DNA from: Trichinella spiralis
Taxonomy: Eukaryota
DNA length: 64,000 nt
NCBI RefSeq assembly: GCF_000181795.1
Contig: NW_003526943.1
Coordinates: 9,222,849-9,286,848 of the forward strand
Direction of reading: 5' to 3'
The notes below the pieces were generated by a model. The model did no database searches. It had not been told where the DNA came from and saw only the letters and a list, made by a program, of their open reading frames with translations. This document shows, piece by piece, positions 1-12,519 of this stretch (position 1 is its first letter; each line of letters opens with the position of its first letter). The position numbers and the translations under genes were made by a program.

Positions 1-778
1 TTAGCAATCAACGTATGTATATATTGAAATATATTTGAACAAAAAATAAAGGTCAAAAACAATAATAATAATAATAATAATAATAATATAAAAACAACCA
101 CCTTTCTTTTCTTCTTTCCACACCCACCCACACTCACACACAAATATATGTGCTATTTAATAAATAATTTGTGCATCATTTTTCAAAATCAATCAATCAA
201 TTAACAATTTCAAATTTTTCAGCTCACGGCAGTTGCAAGCAGCGTTATTTGAACTTTGATCTTTTGAAAAATGTCGGAACCACTGAATGCCAGATTTGGA
301 AAAAAGTCAGCTTAAATGTGCGCGTCTCGTGTGAATGTTTTCTCGACCAGATGTCGTTCTTCGCCAAATACGTTTGACTGCTTGAAGTGCAATTTTTCTT
401 ACTGTATAAAAAGAAAATCAAGACGAAAAAAAGTGCTTGTTTACTTTTGCAACGTTGAACAAAAAGTCACAAACGTGAATGAAAAAAAAATATACATGTA
501 TAAAAAGCTCGAGCAGTTCAATCGGATTTAAAAAAGATTAAAAAAGAATAAGAAGACAGAGTAGATAAATTAATCTATCAACCAGATTTCCCCATTTTTC
601 AACCAACAGCACACAAATAAATGTAAAAACACAGAAAAGAATAAAACCACATCTTTCAATTAAAAAAAACAAGCAAATGAATAACAACAAATCTGAGCAG
701 ATGCAATAAAACTGTTCCTATTCAAATTTCAACTTATTTGACCGTGTCACCAGTGAAATAAAGATTATGGCGGTTGCA

Positions 779-3619
779 TCACATTGTGGGGGTTCTCAAA
801 CGCCTGTTTTCGGGTTCGCTGACTTCTTCTGCACCTTCTTCACAAGCTGGTGCAGTACATTGGATCCTCAACACCGACTGAGGTAGTGTTTCCTGAAAAT
901 CAACGCCAAACAGTGAACAACAATTGCAACGAGACAGTAAAATAAAAAATCAGAAAAAAAACGGTGACAATCGAACTTCGCAAAGTTCTTCTATACCGTC
1001 GTCTTCTTCTGGCAATTGAAGCCGAGGGCTAGTTTTGGAGCGGGGCTCGAAAACCCGAAGCATTATATCTTCAGGAGTGAGAACTTCTTGAACTTCCAAA
1101 GACAATGGTCTTTAAAAATAACAACATGCATAATAATTTTGCACAGTTATTCAACAACGACAACAACAAAATAATAAATAAACCTGGACGTTTTTTTCGG
1201 CTTCACTTTGCGCTGTGCATGAGAAGCACCACGCGGTGATTGTACAGCAATTGAAGACATGCTATGCGTTCCGGCAATATTATGACACTTCGGATCAGAT
1301 AAATTTCCCATTGGTCCATTGAGAGCTTCGATAAGTGAAACCGATTCATATTTCTTTGGAAAAGATGTTTCGTGGGATATCTCAAACAAAAAATAAATAA
1401 ACTTATTTATTTCCTCTTCTTTATTTCACAATCATAAACAATTAATTGACTGATTATTAATCGCACTGTACTTACGGTTCCATCTGAGGCAGATGTGCAA
1501 ATTATTGATACCGGTGAGCATTCAGCTTTCCTAACACTTTTCATTTGAAGCAACGCTCTGAACGGAGATCGACAAATTGGACAATTGTTTGCCTATTTTA
1601 ATTTGAAATTTTATTTTCTTAAATATTAAAATGAAATCACTTCATTATACCTTATATCGAAGTGTTTCAGCACATCCACTGCAGAGACACAGATGACGAC
1701 AAGGCAGTATCAGTGTATCCCGCCATTCTGACATGCAAACTACACATTCCACAAAACAATCGCTGCTGTCATCGCCACACGAATTCTGCAAAAAAAATAA
1801 TTTTTTCACACAATTTTAAAATATAAAACCAAAACTCCACTACCTGTGACGTCGAAGCGGATGTTATTACATGCTTGTTCTCCAGTCCGTATACTTCTTG
1901 AAGCAAATAAGAGACCCCGTGCATAAACAGTTTCTGTTTCAATGGCTTCAAAACGTATCCTTGGCCTTCTGCCGAACGTTCCGCAATAGCGTAAGTACAG
2001 TGCGATTGCGCTGGTTCTTCAAATATACGTTATAAAACAAAATTTAAAATAAAATTATACAATGAATAATTTTTCATTCAACGCTCACCTCCAGCCTGCG
2101 CTTCCACAGTACAATGAATGACAATAGGTATAATTTCATTATCCGCATCATAAACCAACTGAAAATTTGAAATTATATGATATGATAGACTGAAACTTCG
2201 AACAATTTCCCACTTCTGAAGATTTATATAACGAAGGATCAAATATATGTTCCGACTGACTAAACAATTGATTCGAACCAATTTCATAATGATACGATTT
2301 CGATGTCAAATCAGGACATTTAGAAACATAACTAAAAATATCCATTATTATCAATCAGTTCAATTAAATGTAATAAAACAATCACAGTTTTATTACCCAA
2401 ATCCATCAGCATTAATTGCTTCAGTAGCAAAGTAATAAATTGTGATTGTACATGGAGCATCACAGTCGAATACAAATTCAATATTGTAACGGCAGGAAGT
2501 TTCATTTTCTTGATTTTCAGTATCGGAAGCTGGACATCGTGCTCTAAAAGGAAAAATACAAAACACATTCTTGAATAATCAAATGAAATTGCAACTAATC
2601 AAAACTGCCCCGCTTAAATTGTTCATGTCTCACGGTAATGTTCATTTAATTCAGTTGACATAATAAAAATTTACATAACTACTTTACATACTGTTTTTTT
2701 CATCCACTATCAAAACAAAAGTTGTTTAGTCTTGTATGGGAAAACTTTTTTCCTTCTTTTCAAAATCTATTCTTCAAAAAATATTAAAACATTCATTAAT
2801 CAATCCTGATATGAAAAAATCAATCAACATAAGTGCAAAAGAACTACAATAGGAGAGTCAGAATACAAAAAAATGCTTTGAAATTCATTAAACAGGTTGC
2901 AGAACGACCTTTTCGTTCAATGCTAAACATTACACATCTTTTTTTTTCAAATTTTTATGTGTATACATACTTGACAAATTTCAAAGAATCGCGGCGTATG
3001 ATAATCAAACAATTTAATACATTATACGGCTCCGATGCTGACTGATGCAAATAAGGATACTAATAGAAAAACAAAAAGAATTAGACTGATTCAGAAAACA
3101 AAAATTAGTAACCTTACATTCACCGGATTACCCAAAAAATTCAAATCTAAATTTTCACCAAATAAAAATGATTCAGGTTGTGGCGTTTCAAATCTTTCTT
3201 CTCCAAGCATAAAGTGAGTTCCGAAAAAGGAACCTACAAATAATCATAATTTCATGCAATTTCAATAACTATAAATAATAAATGCACCGAAGAAAACATT
3301 CACCTGAAGCAACAATCAATAACAAGCATTAATAAGCAGAACTTTTCTATAGTATAGCAAAAATTAAACATTTAACAGAGTATACATTTAAATTTAAATT
3401 AAAATAAAAATTAAATTTTAAAATGCACCTAAAAATAATTTTTTCCTCACAACAGTAAATATTATTTTATTTTTTATCGTTCGAATAATAACACAATAGA
3501 CATAATTTGAATGAAAAAATTGTATTCATACTTGTTTTTGGAGGAAACTTGTACGAAAATGTTGGCGACTGAGAACCATCCCCCAATGAATGACTGCTTC
3601 TGCTGGTTGAAATTCCCAT
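779..3619 (-). CDS. MGRN1: Mahogunin/RNF157-family RING-HC E3 ubiquitin ligase (multi-exon)
   Basis: Spliced translation starts MGISTSR...YKFPPKT|GSFFGTHFMLGEERFETPQPESFLFGENLDLNFLG, matching the MGRN1 N-terminus with its myristoylation Gly2. It continues LKQKLFMHGVSYLLQEVYGLENK and RING CVVCMSEWRDTLILPCRHLCLCSGC...NNCPICRSPFRALLQ (exons ~1475-1770). The last exon and stop (TGA 779-781) are less certain. Confidence 0.88.
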
Positions 3620-3950
3620 GCTCCCCGAGATGTCCCCCTTACAACCCGACTCACCAGCTTGTACACTGAGCATGTGAGAGCATCATAATAAGAAACCTAC
3701 AGAAAACAGAGAATGCAAGTACAATTTTTTTTATAACTTGAAAACGTTTCTTCAAAAAAATTTTTAATTCATACTGTTTCATGTTACTTTTATAAAGTTA
3801 AATTTAAAAATTTGTTTAATTATGTTTTGTATTTTTTTACAAATTTACAATTCACAATTTAAAATGGAAAAAATTCAGAAGACGCATTGTCACTTATCTA
3901 ATAAACTAAATGTAATAAATCAACTATATATCATAAAGTAAATGTAAAAA

Positions 3951-4724
3951 GTTCCAAAAATCGGGTTGAATAATCAATCATCAGGTTCTTCTGACTGTAG
4001 CGGACGCGGCCCGAGCTAACATCTCTATTTGTCCAGACAACGAAGCGGAAGAAAGATGAAGCTACCGTAAGCGGATTTGGACTTGAAGATCGGAGGAGAA
4101 ATATGGTAGGACTTGGATGGAAAGGAGCGTGGTTGTAGTTGGTTCGGAAAGCTGGCTGTGGCGTATCATGGACGGTCCTTGTTCGTAGTTGCTAATAAGC
4201 ACTATACTCTCTACCTGTCTTTTGATTGTTATAATGTCATCGGGAAAGTGTGAAGCCGGAAGAAAAGGAAGCAAAGCCAAGCGGAGATGACCGCGCGGGG
4301 AAACCCACCGGTCGACACCGGCTCGTCGTCGCTTAGTGACGAATGCGCTAATAGCGCGTTTACGGAGGTGAATGAGCCTGCCCGAGAGAGCGGCTCGTTA
4401 CATGACTGTCTAGTATCAGCGGCAATTCAGAATTCAAATGCGCTCGAAATCGTTTCCTAATATCCTCCTATTTTTTGTCAATCAGTCAATCTATCTATAT
4501 TTATCGTAAAATAATCTTACAGTATGAATTCTGTATATTCGAGAGATGTATTGTTATCACTGTTCACGGAACCTTGTTGAACGATTTCTTAGTAGGTACG
4601 AATTGAAACTACTTGATTTACCACCCAGGGTGATGAACGATTTCGAGCGCATCTGAATTCTGAATTGCCGTTCTGATACTAGATGGACTTCCTGACGATC
4701 GATTATTTAACCTGATTTTGGAAC
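3951..4724. repeat. ~90-bp imperfect inverted repeat (arms 3951-3995+4407-4454 and 4636-4724), probably two inverted BEL/Pao LTR fragments
   Basis: Left arm GTTCCAAAAATCGGGTTGAATAATC...TCTAGTATCAGCGGCAATTCAGAATTCAAATGCGCTCGAAATCGTT is the reverse complement of 4636-4724 once the 3996-4402 insert is removed. Confidence 0.8.
3996..4402. mobile_element. Solo LTR (407 bp), TG...CA termini, 4-bp TSD TGAC
   Basis: Begins TGTAGCG and ends CGTTACA (6/7 inverted match). It is flanked by TGAC at 3992-3995 and 4403-4406, is a GC-richer island in AT-rich DNA, and interrupts one arm of the inverted repeat. Confidence 0.8.
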
Positions 4725-5261
4725 CCGTTTTATATTTGGGTGCCACGAGCCGGGAACCAAACCGAGCGCTCCAAGACAATCAATTCAAAGATACTTTGAA
4801 CCGGTAATTGAACAGTAATAGGATTGCACAGAATGAAAGGGGACATGACCAAGAAGATTAAAGAACTTACGAAGAAGTTCTATCGCACGAAAATGATGAT
4901 GGAAATTCAGCACCGTTGTGCTAAAAATGCCGAGATTGAGAGAATTGAAACCATGGTTGCAGAAATGGATAGTATATTCTCCCTCGCTGAAGACCTGCAA
5001 GGGTCATATGAAGAACTTTTGAACGAAGATGACTTAACCACGAAAGTATAATAGTGGAATGTCTTTCACTTCGCCGTGATAGATGCTCGAGCTACTTTCC
5101 ATGGTTATAAACAAAAGACCATGAAACCATCTGTTACAGAAACTACTGAACGGAAGGCAGCAGGTGGAGAAGGAAAGGAGCTTTGCAACTTGAGAATTCC
5201 AAAGTGGCAATTAACACCCTTTGACGGCGATATAATGCAGTTCGGTGCATTCTGGATCAAC
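4561..5261 (+). mobile_element. BEL/Pao LTR retrotransposon 5' remnant (LTR fragment, PBS-like site, degenerate gag)
   Basis: PBS-like TGGGTGCC at 4737. A coiled-coil ORF (4824-5051) is interrupted by TAA TAG, then reads LRIPKWQLTPFDGDIMQFGAFW(DQ), typical of the Pao gag DUF1759 motif (LPKxxLPxFxGD...F.xFWD). The left boundary is uncertain. Confidence 0.7.
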
Positions 5262-5590
5262 ACGATGGGAGGCGTGGCATTGAGAAAACTATCATATATT
5301 GCTATTAAGGTGGCGAAGAAACATGAGCCAACGTTGAACAACCACAAGTACACTACACCGCCAGACTATGCATACTTGGATGAATTGATAAAGAAATACT
5401 TACCTGATGAGATCGGCAATCCTCGTGGTGTCTACTTAGTTCATCTCTATGGTCCAGTAACATCTGGATCTAACAAAAGAGGTTACTTGATTAAGATGGC
5501 TGAGAGTACCAAATCACAAGAGCTGTCTTCCTCAATTAGAGAAATGGATGAAGATTACAAGGTTTACAAAGATTACAAGAAACAAGTGAT
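5262..5590 (+). other. Foreign coding fragment fused to BEL gag; candidate endogenous viral element (nucleoprotein-like)
   Basis: Stop-free, intronless ~108 codons (TMGGVALRKLSYIAIKVAKKHEPTLNNHKYTTPPDYAYLDELIKKYL...) that do not continue the Pao gag consensus. The resemblance to (-)ssRNA virus N is judged by eye only. Confidence 0.35.
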
Positions 5591-6271
5591 TCAGCAATTT
5601 TATAACTTTTTGTGGATTCTTTATTCAATACTTTTGCGTATTTTTCTTTGTAATTTTATCAAAAAACTTTTAATAAACAAATACAATAAACAACATAACA
5701 AGCTTTTAAACTACAATGTTAATTGAAGAAATTTTTATATATTTTCAAATGTATCACCTAACTTGAATTTTAAATCTATTTTATTACTGAAGCATTTTGA
5801 ATTAGTTTGCTTTTAACTTTATATTATTGGAACGACCAACCAATTCTGTGTTTACAGTAAACATTAGTGGTGATTTGTACCTGACAGTAAAAAGTGAAAT
5901 ACCATGTTTATGATTTTCCGTCCTAGAAAACAGTACATCATTCAGTTATTTTGGAACAAATTATTATGATTAAAAATAGTGATTTTTTCAATAATTCAGT
6001 ATGCTTTTACGATTTCCATGCTAATATTGAAAATTGAATTCAAATTTTTTAAACTTAATTTATTATATTTAAAATTACAACTTTTAACAAACAAACAAAC
6101 TGTTGTGGTTGACCACCGCAAAAAATTGCAAATACGCTTGTAGCATTGATTTTCAATTGAAGCACTTCTCTTTTCATCACCATGAATGACATTTACTCTG
6201 AAACGTAATAATGCCAGAATGGCTGAACAGTCGAAGAAGGTTCTTTTTTTTCTATTTTAAATATAATTCTT

Positions 6272-8331
6272 TCATTCTTCAATGCAGTTTTCCAATAACG
6301 TTTGGTCAGTTTGTTTCTGCGATGATGCTTCTGTTTTATGCCGAGAAATATTTACAAAATCTTCTTGTTGATAACCTTCTTCAAGAAGCTCGGCTTGGGT
6401 AGTACTTTTACCTGCTTGACTGTTTTTTTTCTTTGATAAGAACAAGCTTGCTTTCAGTAGAGGCATCGATGGCCATTCCAGAGTCTTCTTCCTAGTTTGC
6501 AACTCGTCTTCAAAGCTCAAGTCCACCATATCCATATCTTCACTGGTAAACTTCAGCTTAGTCAGATGCCCAAAAAATATGTTGTCGCGTTTTTTCAACG
6601 ACGCTCGCGTGTACGGTACGACAGGGTTTTTCTGGCCCCAGTAAGCATCCTCCGCTATTGGCGGAAGCTGGTCACTCAGATCTTCCGCTAACAAGTAGCC
6701 AGTTTGAATATTCCGATCAAGAACGTAGTTTAGTTCAAAATCATCATCATCTAAATTACATTAGCTAATAATACAAGACAACCTGCTTTTTATTCAGTAT
6801 TTCAAATTGATAAACATCAACTGCTAAATGCTCGTGAAAGAAAATTCAGTTTTTAAATTAACAATGCTATTATTATTCCCTTATACAAATATAAGAAAGC
6901 ATCATTCATGATAAAGGTGAATTTCATTATGATAAATAAAATGAAAAAAGTAAGTTTCCATAAAAATTATACATTGCATTGCAAGATGAACAACGCTATC
7001 TATTAAAGAATCTAGAACATGTCTGTGAAATGCGCTAAATTTCCTGTTTAATTTTACAAAATAATTTATGTTATAAATATCTTGTCATTTAATGCAATTG
7101 AAATGTACAAAAATGTTCGAATAAATTGTTCAATAAACAATGAAATACACCACATTCAATTTGAATAAATATGACTTGGGAAAAGCATAACTGAAACTTC
7201 TGAGTTAGTTTTGTAAAAATAAAATTCATTTAATATATATGTACTGCACCAAAATGATATTTATAAGAATAAAAATAATGCAGCGTGAATCTGAGACTGT
7301 CATTAATCAATCCTGATATGAATTTTAAAGTATTTATAAAAGAATATTAATAGCTATGCATATTTGAAGTTTAAAATTTGGACTTTAAAGAATTTGCAAT
7401 AAAAATTATTCGAACAAATAAAATTGATACTAATTTTCAAATAATCATTTAGTAATTTAAATGAATGCAAAAAATTACCTTCTCCAAAAGGATTCATCAA
7501 ATCTTCACCAACTTTCAGCCAACCGACGTAGAATAGAAATTGCAAAATAGTGAAAATGGGTACATAGAAATCTGGATCTTCGCTTTGGCCATTACTCTGA
7601 CGCCCAATAAGGCATATGGCGAAGTATCCGTACGTGGCAATGGTCACAACTTGAGTGTAAACCAGAGGTACCGTAACCCAGTCGTACATGACCAGCATTC
7701 CGAATCCATTGCGGTATCTTTGCAATTCTTTTATCAAGTCGGACATGAGTACCGAGTCGATCACCTTTTCCTCATAACACCGCCGCAACTGGTTGCTTAC
7801 CCAAATCAACGGAAGCCACCATTTGCCGTAGGGAGCTTCGGTAGCTTCGAAAGTGAGCAGCTCATCTTCGGTCATCAGACCAGCTTTGACCAAGTGGTCG
7901 AGCGTGGGAAAACGTTTGATCGTTCTCACGCATATGCCACGCCAGCACAACGCCGAAGCCAAATTGCACCAACGGGCGATGGTCCGTCGGAGGACCAAAT
8001 GCTTGGGTCCGGGCACATAAACGGAGACGAAAGACAAGAACCGATCCGGCCACATGACATAAGTGCACTGTTCCCACCAACGAGTGACAATCATCGAGAC
8101 GAAAAAGCCAAGCAAAAATGTGATCGGTATGTAACTGGTCGCCTGGTTGCAATAGATGACCAATTTCTGGAAATTTTTCGACTGTTCCTCATTCAGCACA
8201 TTCCGATAAATCAGATTGATCATGTAATAGGCAAGCAGATAGACGAGCAAATCTCGCCAAATTGACTTCCACAAACTGCCCTTCCACCTCAGCAACAATC
8301 TGCCAAAATTGTCCGAATACGAGATGGTCAT
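6272..8331 (-). CDS. Bestrophin Ca2+-activated anion channel (exons 8331-7479, 6750-6272)
   Basis: MTISYS...LLRWKGSLWK, IPITFLLGFFV neck, RFP motif (IKRFPT) and VPLVYTQVVT. The acidic clasp NPFGE|DDDDFELNYVLDRN is restored across a phase-1 GT-AG intron. Confidence 0.95.
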
Positions 8332-11300
8332 TGCGAATGGTCAACGTCCCAACAGCCTCCACCGCTAACCAAAAAGCCAATATTCGAATTTCGAGGTATT
8401 TTGTTCTGCTTTTTTGTTTCTGTATTTTTGGCTTTTCCTTTTTCTCTTCGTTGGCTTCGTTCGTCGTCGAGCAGCTTTCGGTGAGCAATTTTAATTTTCC
8501 GGCAAGTCAATTTCCAACATGCAGCAACATCCTGCAGCAATTGGTGAAAAAGCCGCCGGCGTGGCAGGCTTGCTGGTAACACGCATACAGGGTCACCTGA
8601 TGCAAACCGGCCGGAACATTCAGTCAATTTTGATCACTATCGTCACCAGCGGACTGGCAAAAGTTAATCGTGTCGTCGTCGTCGTTGTTGGTGCTTGTAG
8701 AATATTGCAAATTGAAAAAGCACAGCCCCCGGCAATGAAGCACCTTCATGCAGCTTTTTACTTTTCACCTTTCTTTTACAAACCAAGCCGACTGGCATCT
8801 TCATTTTAACAGACATCCGACGACAATAAATAAATTTTGTTTGCATTAAAAAGCAACAAACAAACAAACAAACAAATAAGAAAGTGGTAAATAAGCTGTT
8901 GCAATTGGAAATTTTACAAATTATAATAATTTTTTTGAATTATCAACGCTATTTACTAAATTACCATCCACAATGTATGCTTGCTATGCAACGCAGGTAA
9001 TGCAAACATTATTTGTATCATATTTGAATATCTTGCTCTATTGTATGCATTTGTTATTCCATCTCTTGCCCACAAGCAGCGCATGCTTTTAATAAAATCA
9101 TCAAGTTTAAAAACTGTTTAATTATATTTATACATCTGTACAAAGATGAATCATCTTGATTATTTTTAATAAAAATAGGTCAAAACAGTTTGAAAATTTT
9201 TTTAACTTTTCACTTGACAATGGTCACTTATAAACAGAAAGTGATGTCATTTAATGTTAAATAACTGGGTTTTTTTGAATTTATAAGTAATTCGAAGCAT
9301 TAATCTGTAACTTAAAAATGTAAAATGTCGTCGTATTTTGTGTTTTTTCCAAATGGTGCCCTTCAACACTTTAAAATTTGTACGCGTGTAAAATTATGGA
9401 AATGTTTATTTCACATGTTGCTATAAATGAATTGTCATATTAATATTTTTTTATACAAATGACATGTACATTAATAATTTTCATTCAAATAAGGTTAAAT
9501 AATTGCATTTTCATAGGCGTATGATTATTTAACCTTTACGTTCTTTATAAATTTCAAGCATCAGAAATGCTTGACGAATTGCTTGTATTCACCAAAAGTT
9601 TTGCCTTGAATTTTCTATCAGATTTTGTTAATACTGAAATTTATTATTATCTATATATTGCAAATCTTTGCAAATAACGCAAAATTTATGCATATTCTGA
9701 AAAAGGTTAATAACCAGGGTAATTTTTGGATTTTTTAAATTCAGCTTTCATGACAAGCTGGCAGAGTTAATTGTGCTCTGATTTTATTGATGAAAATATT
9801 TTTAAAAAAAGAGAACAAATAATATATGTGTTAAATTTTGAAGACAAATGTTAACGTTCCGAAATCAATAACCTCAAATTCAAAATTTTGCATACAGAAA
9901 AGTGACAAATTTTAAAAACGTACATCAGACAAATTATCACCACCTAGTTATGAACGTGAAAGTGTTCACAGAATTTATCAATACCCATTAAAGATGCTGA
10001 TTTTGAAATGGTGTAAAAATTGGGACGCAATCCGTGAAAAGCATTTCAAACTGCCAAGACTGCTAATTGATTATGCATCACCACGTTCCGAAGGTTTTTA
10101 AACACCAACTGGGTTACACTGTTACAAATTTACACGAATCAGCAACAATGCAACGTTCTTAATACTTGTACATCATTATCTAGTTCTTTTCTTTTCTTTT
10201 TGTTTCTAACAATCATTTATGATAATTTTTAAATTATTCAAATGCAAAACATTTTGTTTGATTAATAAATATAACAGTCAGCATTCAAATTAAAAAAAAT
10301 TTGAATGCACAAGTGAATTTTCAGATACATCATTCCTAGAGAAAATCCAAAATTGCTACCTTTTAAATATTTAAATTATTTGAAAATTGAACATCAATTT
10401 TTGCGCTTCATCTTTGAAGCAAAAACAAAAAGATAAAATCTCAATTTGACATTAAATAATTTTATAATATAAGAATGTTCGTTTGAAAAATTTTAAAATA
10501 ATTCTTTAAAAAAAGATTTTTCAGTAACAATTTTTTATTGCTTCAAAACGCAACTACTTCATGCTGTGTTCATACGTTGATTCTGAATGGAGAAAAAGCA
10601 TTCTAATCATGTTGTTCCAGCTCACGTTTGCTGGACAGGCAATTCGATTTGACAGGTAAATTATTTTACACATTTTGCTTCATCATAAACTGATCTTGTC
10701 CATTGATGATTTTTAATATTTATTTTTAGCTTATTAATAATTCAGTTGATATTACGTAACAATTTCGCCGATTTGATATGCAGCGGTATCCAAGGACTGT
10801 TTTTGAAAGTTACGAGAAGCTTTGATGATATTTTTTTCTGCATTTTATTCATCATTATTTGAACCAGTTGTGTCAAGAGAAAAAATATTTTGTCAATTTG
10901 ACTTTGTGCAACCACAATTGGTGCAGACAGTAGAATTGAATTCCAAATAAATACATTAAATTAACACTTTTAATGACAAACTTCTTTTCATTTGTTTTAA
11001 TTTTAAAATTTCATTCCAATAATGAAATAACAAATTTGCATGCTATAATTTATTTTTCATATTATTAAAAAAATTTTCTACCTGCATCTGATTTATGTCC
11101 TGCTCTTTTGTAAGATGAAATCAATCAAATGAAGATCAAAATCATTTTTGTAATAAAAATAAATTCTCAACTGCATTTTATTCTCTTTCTGCTTAAAAAT
11201 TCTTGGTTGTTTATTGGTTTTACTTATTTTATATACTATGCACAATTGTCTGTATGAATTTAGAATTTCTACAAATGCAATTTGCTTAAAATAATTTGAC

Positions 11301-12519
11301 ATTAAAAAATTGTACTGCCATCAAAGGATTGAGCCAGGCTAACTGAGCCCCTTGATCGCTTGCTTTCTTATTGCACACAATGAAACACTGATCCTGAAAT
11401 CTGGATCAACAAAAGCAAACAAAAACTGCATTGTCATCAAGACATTCTTTAAAAAAAACTCTCTGACGCAAATCCATCTTACTGTAATTTTATTCACACA
11501 ACAGGGCCTGAGAAATAATAAATTATTTAGGGAATACAAAAAAAGACACTCTTCTCTGCAAAGAATCAATATTTCGTACAATAGTAGGGGGTAAAAAATT
11601 TTTTACTTGAAATTTGTGCAAATCTGATCCCTATCTTATTACAATGAACAAAAGCAAGCAACCATTGCTTGCATGCTTTTGTAAAAATAACTGAGCATTG
11701 ATGTTCACGTGTCATTCAACTTTGAAATAAATATCGTTGTTTGCTCTGTTTTTAATATTTGCTCGTATTTTTAAAATTCAGGAAACTGTATCCCATGTTT
11801 TTTTCTATTTATTCACTTCCTAACACTAGGGTCTTCAAATGAAATGTACAAATGCAATTTTTTTCGCTTAATTTTCATAAAATTTTTTATAAAGTATTTT
11901 ATTTAAATTTGTAAATATTCAAGTTATAAATTTAGTACTTCCAAAAATATTCATTTAAACGGAAGTTTCTTTATTGCAAAAAAGTTATGTAAATTACTGT
12001 GCAGTAGTTGAAAAGAAGTGCAGAGTGCTAGAATTTTTAATAGATATAAATGAAAACTATCATTTATCATATTTGGAGTGTGATATTAGGCAAAGGTTTT
12101 AAATTTAAGAAATTATATTTTTCCAAATTTGAATGAAATTTAAGTAAAAAGCAAATTGTACTTGCATACTCTTAATAATGACTGTACTTCGGCCTGGGTG
12201 CGTTTCTGTATTTTCGTGTCGCAGTTTGAATGAGTTCTCGCGACAGTTGTCGAAAGATTCTGCCATTTCTGCTTTTCCATTGATAAATGTTCACTTGATT
12301 AAATTTTTGCTTTTCGATTCTGCGTGTTTTTTTGTCTATTCAAAGCAGCTAAACAAAATTTCACCGTTTTTTTCACTGCTTCGTTCGGTTCGAATTTTTG
12401 AAACGTCACGGACGATTGGATTGTTTGGTCAGTTTCTGCCCAGTGAAAATTTCCTCGGTGAAAGTTGAAAAGTTCCCCACTTTGATTTACGGTAATTGAT
12501 TTGCTAGAGAGAAGTTGAA

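Noticed and set aside
3053..3060. GTATCCTT on the minus strand, resembling a U12-type 5' splice site in MGRN1
   Set aside because: It spans an ordinary acceptor and exon start (ATTAG|TATCCTTAT = YPY), so it is not a donor.
5076..5726. 216-aa ORF treated as one functional gag-fusion gene
   Set aside because: It has a GTG start and upstream in-frame stops, continuity depends on an apparent 1-nt deletion at TGG(G)ATCAA, and the tail runs into AT-rich non-coding DNA. It is better read as a chimeric relic.
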